Shown here: piece by piece, positions 39,015 to 46,901 of the stretch
Layout of the letters: every line of letters starts with the position of its first letter
How positions within the stretch are numbered: the stretch's first letter is position 1
Origin: Prevotella sp.
GTDB taxonomy: Bacteria; Bacteroidota; Bacteroidia; Bacteroidales; Bacteroidaceae
Reading direction: 5' to 3'
Length of the DNA stretch: 64,000 nucleotides
Assembly (NCBI GenBank): GCA_022764085.1
Contig: JALERP010000177.1
Span: 2,682-66,681 of the forward strand
Program-made: the position numbers and the translations under genes
The notes under the pieces: model-generated
The model's database searches: none
Seen by the model: the letters and a program-made list of their open reading frames with translations, nothing else
Told to the model about the DNA's origin: nothing

Positions 39015-41957
39015 TTAATCAGGAGAGATAAACGGGAAATGGGCGAGGGTTAGGCGATTGATGTCAATGCGCATTTGTGTGGTCTCGTCTTGTGGTTGCG
39101 AGAGGAGCGGGCTGCCTTCTATCCTCAGATGAAGGCCGTCGGACTGGCTACGGATGATGATTCTCACGCTGCCGTCGAAATGAGAGAGGTAGGTTGTGCC
39201 GGTGAGTTGGCTCTCCACCACTTGCTGCAGGCGTGGCGCGTCGATGTCACACATGTATTCTTCCACGTCGGTGTCGAGGGTGTAATGGGCGTCGGGCCAT
39301 TTCATCGACGCCTTGGCTATGGCATCGCGACATACAGCAATGAAGTCGTAGGTGTAAATTTGCCATTTGGTCATGCCCGACTCAAGGCGCGAGAGGTCGA
39401 GCACTCCCGTCACGAGATACATCAGGCGGTCGGAGTGGCTGCGTATGGTGTCGGCCATTGCCGAACGCTGCTCCAGTGTGAGCGTCGAGTCCTCTGCCAT
39501 TCTCTTCGACATGTCCATCACCTCCTGCAGCGGAGTGCGTATGGCCTGGCTCATGGTATTGAAGAATTTTTCCTTCAGCCTGTTGTTTTCCTTTGCCTCG
39601 TCAAGGGCTTTTGCGGTTTCTCTCTCCGTATGTTTCAGGCGGCGGTGCGATATGGCGAGTCTCGCCATAATGCCAATCAGCACAATCATCACTATGCCAA
39701 TCAGTACCATTCCCGCTATGGCGTTTTGTCCCTTTAGTTTTTCCTCCTCTGCCTTCAGGTTGCTGATATGGCTGATTTTCTGCAGTTCGTCGATTTGCTC
39801 CTTCGACATTGCCGAGCTGATTGAGTCAGTGGTGTGCTTCATCCTCTTGTATATGGTGAGTGCCTTGCCGTATTGCTTTTGTTTGTATAGTATGTCGGCC
39901 TGCATGTAGAGGCATAGCATCTTGTTAGAATTTCTTACGTTGAGCTTCTCGCTCAGTTTCATTGCCTCTAAGTTTATTCGCATGGCCTCGTCGAGCATTC
40001 CGCGCTGTATTCGGTTGAAGCACTGGGCGTAGAAGTATAGGGGCTTGTAGGGTGGATAGCTGAGGCGCTCGTAGAAAAGCCTTCCCCTTGCCTCGTGGTC
40101 GGCAGCCTTGTCGAAGTCGTGTTTGTACGACCAGTATATCATGTGGCAGTATTCTACGAAGAGCCGGTGGTCGTTGAGTGTTATGTCCATTCCTGGTGCC
40201 ATACGCAACATTTTGTCCATCACTGTGTCAATCTCGGTAAGAGCCTTTCCCATACGCTCGAATTTTTGCACCGATATGCTGTAGTCGAGCAGGTGCATCA
40301 GCACGGTGAACTGTATCTGCAGGTCTTCCTCCTTGTACATTGTTTTCCGTGCCTTTCGTATAACGTCGTCAGCCTCTCGCCATCTGTATGTGCCGATATA
40401 TATCTGAGTCTGTGCTACGTATGCCTTGGTTATGCCAGGGTAGTTTTTCTGTTTCGATGCTTTTTCAAGCATCTTCATCGACTCGTCGAGGGCATATTCG
40501 TATCTGCCGTTGAATATGTAAGTGTTGATGAGCGTGTATTGCATTTCGTAATACATCCTCCAACTGTTGCATTTGCTTGCCACCTGCATGCCGTAGTTAG
40601 CCCAATAGGCCACGCTGTCCACCGTTTCGTCGTACATATAGTGATGGTTGACGATGTATGTCAGGGCGTTGGCTTGCGATGTGTCGTTCTTCAGGTATTT
40701 GGCCTCTTCGAGCATCATATAAGCGTCGTTGATTCCGTCGGGCATGAGTTGCGACACTGATACGAGGTCGGCCAGTTTCTGTAGTCTTAGCTCGCCGTGG
40801 GGCATGCTTTTTGCCTCCTTGCGCATGCTGTCAACCTTGATTTCCTCGGTTGTTTTGGCGTATGATCCGAATGTGGCGAGCAGCAGAAGGGCGACAGTAG
40901 CGAGCCTGTGTGTGAAGCAGAAACGCGCCCCCTTGTCGTAATCTGGGTCAACCCATATTTTGCCTCCCAGTCGCTCGATGATGAATCGGCATATCGATAG
41001 TCCGATACCGGTGCCCTGGTCGCTTTCGTTAGCTTTCTCAAAACGATTGAATATCGTCTCGCGCTTGTCGGGTGCAATGCCGCATCCGGTGTCGGTAACG
41101 GCAAATTGTGCCATATTGTCCTTTACGCTGAGCGAGAGGGTGATGGAGCCTTCCTTGGTGAACTTGTTGGCGTTAACTAACAGGTTGATGAGTAGTTGCT
41201 GCAGTCGTCCCTCGTCGGTGGTGATAGGTAACTCTTCAAGGTCGGACTCGAACAATATGTCGGCTTTTGTCTGTTTTACCTTATCCACGGTTTTCACCAC
41301 ATTGCGGCATAACTCCACAGCGTCGCGCTTCTCCAGTTTGAACTTCATCTCGCCGTCCTGCTGGATGGAGAAATCCACCACATCGTTGATGAGCTTCATG
41401 AGCAGGTCGGAGTTCTGCTGTATGATACATTCAAACTGCTTTCTGCTCTCGTCGTCGAGGCTATTGTCGGTAAGAATGGCTGAGAATCCGGTGAGAGCGT
41501 TTAGTGGAGTGCGTATCTCGTGGCTCATGTTAGAGAGGAAGAGGTTTTTCAGTCTCACCGAGTTTTCCACCATCCTTCGTGCGTCGTTTAGTCTTTCCTC
41601 CGACTGTTTCAGTCTTGTGTTTAATCTTCGCAGCAACAGCAGTCCCGCCACGAGCAGTGCGATGACTATCAGGCCGCCTGCCACAATGCTTGTCAGCAGT
41701 ATGGTGCGCTGGCGTTGGTTGCGCAATGTCTGTTGTGCCACCTGGTTGTCTGCACGTTGCTTGTTCACCTGGGCTATGTAGCTCTGTACGCTGGCTGAAT
41801 CAATGGTGGCAATCTCGTTGCGATAGCGGTCGCATTCCGTCTTGTTGTCATTGTCGAAAGTGGTTTCGGAATTTGCAAAAGCGGTTTCGGAATTAACAAA
41901 TACGGAGCTTAGCAGCAATACAAGGGCTGTGATGATATGTCTTTTTATTATTTCCAT
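39015..41957 (-). CDS. Membrane sensor histidine kinase fused to a second TPR-like sensor and a degenerate kinase module
   Basis: H-box FLSNMSHEIRTPL, N-box NLLVNANKFT, G1 DTGCGI, G2 GTGIGL; then a hydrophobic segment, a helical-repeat region, a TM and a second H-box FFNTMSQAIRTPL lacking His; TATTTTTG at 42010-42017 (minus). Confidence 0.85.
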   Translation of the reverse strand: MEIIKRHIITALVLLLSSVFVNSETAFANSETTFDNDNKTECDRYRNEIATIDSASVQSYIAQVNKQRADNQVAQQTLRNQRQRTILLTSIVAGGLIVIALLVAGLLLLRRLNTRLKQSEERLNDARRMVENSVRLKNLFLSNMSHEIRTPLNALTGFSAILTDNSLDDESRKQFECIIQQNSDLLMKLINDVVDFSIQQDGEMKFKLEKRDAVELCRNVVKTVDKVKQTKADILFESDLEELPITTDEGRLQQLLINLLVNANKFTKEGSITLSLSVKDNMAQFAVTDTGCGIAPDKRETIFNRFEKANESDQGTGIGLSICRFIIERLGGKIWVDPDYDKGARFCFTHRLATVALLLLATFGSYAKTTEEIKVDSMRKEAKSMPHGELRLQKLADLVSVSQLMPDGINDAYMMLEEAKYLKNDTSQANALTYIVNHHYMYDETVDSVAYWANYGMQVASKCNSWRMYYEMQYTLINTYIFNGRYEYALDESMKMLEKASKQKNYPGITKAYVAQTQIYIGTYRWREADDVIRKARKTMYKEEDLQIQFTVLMHLLDYSISVQKFERMGKALTEIDTVMDKMLRMAPGMDITLNDHRLFVEYCHMIYWSYKHDFDKAADHEARGRLFYERLSYPPYKPLYFYAQCFNRIQRGMLDEAMRINLEAMKLSEKLNVRNSNKMLCLYMQADILYKQKQYGKALTIYKRMKHTTDSISSAMSKEQIDELQKISHISNLKAEEEKLKGQNAIAGMVLIGIVMIVLIGIMARLAISHRRLKHTERETAKALDEAKENNRLKEKFFNTMSQAIRTPLQEVMDMSKRMAEDSTLTLEQRSAMADTIRSHSDRLMYLVTGVLDLSRLESGMTKWQIYTYDFIAVCRDAIAKASMKWPDAHYTLDTDVEEYMCDIDAPRLQQVVESQLTGTTYLSHFDGSVRIIIRSQSDGLHLRIEGSPLLSQPQDETTQMRIDINRLTLAHFPFISPD

Positions 41958-42117
41958 CGTTTTGTCTTATTATGTTTTTATCTATGTGTATTTCATATTA
42001 TTTGCACTGCAAAAATACTTCTTTTTTTCAACATACAATCAAAAAACAAATAATCTTGCGAAAAATAAGGTGATATTGGCGAAAAAACGATGGATATGTG
42101 GCAAAAATTGGATGAGA

Positions 42118-43788
42118 TTATGGTATTAAATTGCTCAGTTCAATTCTCTCGTCGCATATGTCGGCAACGGCTTGCCGATGTGTGATGAGAAGCATGGTGG
42201 TGGATGGGCGCGCGGATAGCAGTCGGCTGAACAGTTCGCGCTCTGTTGACTCGTCGAGAGCGGAACTGATTTCATCGAGCAGCAATATTGAGCCGGGTCG
42301 CAATAGTCCTCGTGCAATGGCTATGCGTTGAGCCTGCCCCTCACTGAGTCCTCCTCCGTGCTCTGCAAGTTCGGTGTCGAGTTGGTCGGGAAGGTCGAAT
42401 ACGAAGTCGGCACATGCTGTGTGTAGGGCAGCCCTTAGTTCGTCGTCCGATGCGTCGGGTTTTGCAAGCATCAGGTTACAGCGTATTGTGCCGCTGATGA
42501 GGGTATTGCCCTGTGGCACGAATACGAGATGCCTTCGAGTGGAATTGTCGGCAATGTGAGAGAAGCCGTCTCCATAGATGTTGACAGAGCCGTTGTCTGG
42601 CTGTATGAAATTCAGAATTAGCCTGAATATTGTTGTTTTGCCGATACCTGTGGTGCCCAACAATGCCGTCTTGCTTCCTGGAGTGAAATCGTGCGAGAAA
42701 TGCTTGAGCACCTCACGGTCTCCTTTGGCATATCTGAATGAAACGTCCTCCATCCTTATTCCGAGTTTACCGATTCCACGTTGGCTCATTCCGTGCGCAC
42801 CGATGGCTTTGCAATCTGGCTCACAGGTAGTTTCATCCTCCAGACCGTCTTCAATCTCTTTTAACCGGTCGATGCTTGCGGTGCTGTATATGATAGTGGG
42901 GAATGCGCTGAGGAGCGACATGATGGGGTGCTGGATTTGTGCCACGAGTTGCAGGAAAGATGTCATCACGCCAAATGTGATAGCCCCTGTTCGCAATCCG
43001 TATGCCCCCCATACGAAGGCAAGCATATACCCCAGTCCGAATGTGCATCCGAGTGCAAACCTGCTTACCACCATAAAGCGAGAGCGGTGGATATAGTTGC
43101 CCGTTTGCCTTTCCTGAAGTTGCTCCACCTTTTCCATCATCCACCTTTCTCCCTGCAGCGAGAGCAGAACGGCATTCTGTTCCATGCTCTCCTGTATTCT
43201 TGCCAATATCTGGCTTTCGTCCTTTCGTATTGACAAGGTGATGTGTCGCAACTTGTGCGACACGAACTTTCCTATGGCTATGGCGAGAGGCGTGATAAGT
43301 ATGAGTGCCCACGCAAGACGTTGGTCAAACCATCTCATAAGCATGAAAGCCCCGGTGAGTTGCATAAGCATGACTGCAACTTGTGGCAATGTGACAGCCA
43401 TGGTCTCGCTTACGGTGTCGATGTCCTTGGCCATACGTGATGACACGTCTCCTGAGTGCAAGTCGTTGCTGTCGAAGAGTTTCCTTCGGAAGAGCATGTC
43501 GAAAAGCCTGAGTCGCAGTTCTGCCACCTTATATATGAAAGCCTTGCTTGCGAGATATTGGTTGAGCTGGCGTATGCTCACTCCTGCCACTACGGCAAGA
43601 GCTATGAGCAAGGCTTGCGTGACCATTTCGCGCATTGTGCCCGTAATGGCCACTTCATCCACAAGCCTTTTGCTCATCCACACGACAAGCAGGGCAAGAA
43701 CTGTTTGTGCCAGTCCTGCCGCGATGCGTATGACGATATTGAGCCTTATGCCTTTAGAGTTGGAATAAAACCAGTTTGTATATTTCAT
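42118..43788 (-). CDS. ABC exporter (fused TMD-NBD), peptide/multidrug type
   Basis: Six-TM domain, Walker A GTTGIGKT, signature LSEGQAQR, LLDEISSALD and ITHR; ATG 43788 overlaps the PqqD stop (ATGA). Confidence 0.92.
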   Translation of the reverse strand: MKYTNWFYSNSKGIRLNIVIRIAAGLAQTVLALLVVWMSKRLVDEVAITGTMREMVTQALLIALAVVAGVSIRQLNQYLASKAFIYKVAELRLRLFDMLFRRKLFDSNDLHSGDVSSRMAKDIDTVSETMAVTLPQVAVMLMQLTGAFMLMRWFDQRLAWALILITPLAIAIGKFVSHKLRHITLSIRKDESQILARIQESMEQNAVLLSLQGERWMMEKVEQLQERQTGNYIHRSRFMVVSRFALGCTFGLGYMLAFVWGAYGLRTGAITFGVMTSFLQLVAQIQHPIMSLLSAFPTIIYSTASIDRLKEIEDGLEDETTCEPDCKAIGAHGMSQRGIGKLGIRMEDVSFRYAKGDREVLKHFSHDFTPGSKTALLGTTGIGKTTIFRLILNFIQPDNGSVNIYGDGFSHIADNSTRRHLVFVPQGNTLISGTIRCNLMLAKPDASDDELRAALHTACADFVFDLPDQLDTELAEHGGGLSEGQAQRIAIARGLLRPGSILLLDEISSALDESTERELFSRLLSARPSTTMLLITHRQAVADICDERIELSNLIP

Positions 43789-44051
43789 CCTTCGGCAATT
43801 CCAGCCTTTATCCATTCGTTGATGACAGCTTCGATGTCGCGTTTGGCAACTTCCGGTTCCACGTCATATTCGTTACACATGGCCTCGGCCAGTGAGTTGA
43901 TGTCAGAATTCTCGTCGCTATGTTCCCATAGCCATGCAGCTGTTTCATTAAGGCTTATCATATTGCCGAAATCCACAGCACCCAATCCTTCCGCTACAAT
44001 TACTTTCTCGCCGCACACATCGCGCAGCACTAGTCCATCTTTCTTTTTCAT
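43785..44051 (-). CDS. Stand-alone PqqD-family protein (RiPP recognition element)
   Basis: 88 aa; VLRDVCGEKVIV...ISLNETAAWLWE...EYDVEPEVAKRDI...WIKAGI matches the three-strand/three-helix RRE pattern. Confidence 0.88.
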   Translation of the reverse strand: MKKKDGLVLRDVCGEKVIVAEGLGAVDFGNMISLNETAAWLWEHSDENSDINSLAEAMCNEYDVEPEVAKRDIEAVINEWIKAGIAEG

Positions 44052-44061
44052 TTTCTTTTTT

Positions 44062-44496
44062 TTATATGTTATTCATTCGTTTATATATCGCCAATATATA
44101 TCGTCTTATCGGCATAAGCAACCACCAAGCCTCAGATGCGGCACACCGCCATTTTGTATAAAGGTAATGACGCTTTTGCAAGGCATCCACTGAGTGGGTG
44201 GCAATAGCCTTTACGTCGGTAATGTGGCAATATTCCCTTCCCACAAGGTTCCCGTCGCCCATGAGCGTCACCTTGTCGCCTTCTATTCTCTCTATGCGGT
44301 GGAGTACATATCGTCGTTGTTCCACCCATGCCAGCGCAATGATTCCTCTACGGAGGTTTTCGGGCTTGGTGAGGATTACGCTCTCCCTGTCTCCGATGAT
44401 GAACGGCAGCATGCTGCGTCCTGCCACTGGAAGTGTAACACTGTATCCATCGTAAAGCAGTGCTACTGCCTCGTCGATAATTTTGGTGTTGTTCAT
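44062..44496 (-). CDS. S24/S26-family (signal-peptidase-like) peptidase without a TM anchor
   Basis: GRSMLP catalytic Ser motif, VLHRI and MGDGN; ATG 44496 overlaps the upstream stop (ATGA). Confidence 0.85.
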   Translation of the reverse strand: MNNTKIIDEAVALLYDGYSVTLPVAGRSMLPFIIGDRESVILTKPENLRRGIIALAWVEQRRYVLHRIERIEGDKVTLMGDGNLVGREYCHITDVKAIATHSVDALQKRHYLYTKWRCAASEAWWLLMPIRRYILAIYKRMNNI

Positions 44497-45341
44497 ATCG
44501 TGCTGCTTGTCATTATTGCAGCCTCTTTGTCGGGCAGGCAGTCGGTATGCCATACCGCGGTTTGGGCTGCAAGTGTGTTGAGGGTGTTATGAAGCCCGTC
44601 TGCAATATTCCTGTCCCATCTCTTTCCCGACACACTTGAGGACATCGTTGCGTAGGCTTCTAACGGACGCATGCGCCTTATGGCATTGTAAGGGGCTTGC
44701 GCAAGTCTAACGATAGAGCCAAGGGCATATTGCTCGTTGATGTAGCAGGGTGTCTTGCCGCTCCATGGTGAGCCATATACCATAGCCACTCCGCTATCCG
44801 AGACTCTAACCACGGGATTGTCATCGTTCAGCAGCTTACTTCCCTCCACATACCTTAGCCATAGCCGGGTGTGGGTGCTCTTGCCTGTGCCGCTTGGCCC
44901 GAGAAACATATATGCCTTACCGTTGCGGCTCACCACCGACGAATGGAACAGAAGGGTGTCGAGGCAAGCTGTGGCAAGCGCGTAACACACCATCATCGCA
45001 TTGTCGAGTGCGAGTTTGGGGAGTTTGTTTGTTGATACAGTGGCTTGGCGGTAATCAGGACTGCATGATGTCCAACCCGCCAATTCCCCTCGCGAATAGA
45101 ACGCGAACGCTGGTTTTTCTTCGCAGTGCCCGCATGCTATTTCATCGCCTTCTTCCTCTTGTCGCCATTCTTCGGTGAAGTTGTCGGGTAACGGGACGTC
45201 GTGCTTAACGTCAAACGTGAGCAGAGGCTCGGATGCCTCCACCTCAAATGGGCGGCAGTTGTCAAGCAGTGCGAAGGTGTCTTCTCCCGCTGTTATAGAC
45301 ATTATGTGTCCCGCCACTTTATAATAACTGGTATTTTTCAT
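44493..45341 (-). CDS. HPr-kinase/PEPCK-fold P-loop protein, putative peptide kinase
   Basis: LFHSS, Walker A GPSGTGKST, LLNDD and YGSPWSGK motifs. Confidence 0.8.
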   Translation of the reverse strand: MKNTSYYKVAGHIMSITAGEDTFALLDNCRPFEVEASEPLLTFDVKHDVPLPDNFTEEWRQEEEGDEIACGHCEEKPAFAFYSRGELAGWTSCSPDYRQATVSTNKLPKLALDNAMMVCYALATACLDTLLFHSSVVSRNGKAYMFLGPSGTGKSTHTRLWLRYVEGSKLLNDDNPVVRVSDSGVAMVYGSPWSGKTPCYINEQYALGSIVRLAQAPYNAIRRMRPLEAYATMSSSVSGKRWDRNIADGLHNTLNTLAAQTAVWHTDCLPDKEAAIMTSSTI

Positions 45342-45449
45342 TCAGCCATAAATTTCTTAACTTCCATAACTACCCAAAACAAGATGCTACCTTGTTGCCT
45401 GTTACATCATTTACTTTTGGGTTGTGTCACAGGTGTCCGTCCCACCGTT

Positions 45450-46769
45450 CTACTCCACGTAGAATATCGGCTCGTCGGTATTGGGGTCAACGGGATAGTA
45501 GTGGACGGCACTGTCGTTGGTCTTGATGCAATGGGAGGAGATTAGGGAATATATCTCTGCTCCTGCCCAAATGACAGGACCATAGCCGTGGGCGGCATAG
45601 TTGTTGACTGGACGATAGGCATAGAAAGCGGGGTCGAAGGCGAGACCGGTGCCTACGCACGTGCCCTCAACCTGACCGCCGTCGGTGATGTGTGCAGACA
45701 CATAGTTCCAGGCAAGGAGAGCCTGACCGATGTATGGCTCCGGCTCTATCCAACCCTTGTTGATGGCATGGGCAAGGCAGTAGGCATAGATGGCAGTGCA
45801 GGAGGTCTCGAGGTAGGTGTCGTTGCGGTCGAGCAACTGGTGCCATGCGCCGTCGGCCGACTGCAGAGGCATGAGCCCGTTGAGGTGCTGCCTGAAACAT
45901 TCGAGGATGTAGGCATCCTCGCGCACGTCGAGCATCTCGCATGCAGTTAGCAACGCCCATCCGTTAGCCCTCCCCCAGAAGAACGACGGATGATATCCCG
46001 ACTCGGTGGGAGTCCATCCGTGGCGATAGAGCGACTTACCTTCCACCCACATCTTTTCGCGGAAAAGACGGAACTGTCGCAGGGCCTCGTCGTAGTCGTC
46101 ATTGAAGGCAAGGGCTGGTATGCCCATGAACATATCGTCGAGCCACACAGTGTTCTTCACGGGGCGCAGGCGCGCGAACTGTCCGTCGGTATAGCGGTGT
46201 TCCTTGTTGACGATGAAGTCGTAATACCTCGCTATCTGCTCATTCCACAAGCGGTCATTTTTCTTGCCCTTGGCATCCTTTGCCTTGATCATTGCGCAAC
46301 AGATGGCACCGCAATCGTCGAGGGCGTCGGGTGACACCACCTGTTCCATGAGGTTGTCAATCTTCTCGCCCTGCTCCTTCATCTTGATGAATCGCGGTGC
46401 TTGTTCGCAGAGGAAGTTCATGCGGTCGATGGCATACTTGGTGTAGCGTGAGTCGCCGGTGACCTCGCCAGCCCTGAGCATTGCGGAATAAGTCACTCCC
46501 CATTCGTAGGACGTGAGTCGGAAGTCGCCCTTGCGCAGGTGCTTTCCCGTCTCGTCGAGTTCGGCAAAGGTGGTTTTGTCGAGATAGTTGAGCACACGGT
46601 CGATACTTGCCTTTACGTCTTTTTTGTCAGGCACTCCGTAGTTGTATTTGTATGCCGGCTTCATCAGGTGGAGCGGTGTGGTGGCATCGTTAACTACTTG
46701 CTGAGCGTTGCTCGTGGCCAATGGGGTGATAGCCATAAAGGCTGCTAAATATGTGTTTTTTATTATCAT
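45450..46769 (-). CDS. GH105 (GH88/105 clan) unsaturated rhamnogalacturonyl hydrolase, exported
   Basis: YEWGV, LDDCG, WLDDMFM, WGRANGW, WHQLLD and ETSCTA motifs; signal peptide. Confidence 0.88.
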   Translation of the reverse strand: MIIKNTYLAAFMAITPLATSNAQQVVNDATTPLHLMKPAYKYNYGVPDKKDVKASIDRVLNYLDKTTFAELDETGKHLRKGDFRLTSYEWGVTYSAMLRAGEVTGDSRYTKYAIDRMNFLCEQAPRFIKMKEQGEKIDNLMEQVVSPDALDDCGAICCAMIKAKDAKGKKNDRLWNEQIARYYDFIVNKEHRYTDGQFARLRPVKNTVWLDDMFMGIPALAFNDDYDEALRQFRLFREKMWVEGKSLYRHGWTPTESGYHPSFFWGRANGWALLTACEMLDVREDAYILECFRQHLNGLMPLQSADGAWHQLLDRNDTYLETSCTAIYAYCLAHAINKGWIEPEPYIGQALLAWNYVSAHITDGGQVEGTCVGTGLAFDPAFYAYRPVNNYAAHGYGPVIWAGAEIYSLISSHCIKTNDSAVHYYPVDPNTDEPIFYVE

Positions 46770-46820
46770 AAGTTTAATATTTTATTCGATGTCTCAAGTA
46801 ATCATTTTGTGATATCTTAT

Positions 46821-46901
46821 AAACACAGAGCTACAGAGTTTTTCCTCTAAGTATCTTTAAAATACTTATTAATCCCCTCTGTGTCTCCGTGTCTCTGTGT
46901 T
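46821..46901. repeat. CACAGAG/CTCTGTG palindromic REP-like element
   Basis: aaacacagagctacagag ... ctctgtgtctccgtgtctctgtgtt. Confidence 0.75.

Noticed and set aside
42118..45341. PQQ biosynthesis or a canonical lasso-peptide cluster
   Set aside because: No pqqB/C/E, no asparagine-synthetase-like cyclase and no transglutaminase-like B2 protein.
45338..45367. 9-codon ORF MEVKKFMAE as the cassette precursor
   Set aside because: Too short for leader plus core, and it has no Ser/Thr/Tyr acceptor.
45380..45407. ECF promoter (TGTAAC) upstream of the kinase gene
   Set aside because: No CGT -10 element at 16-17 bp spacing.
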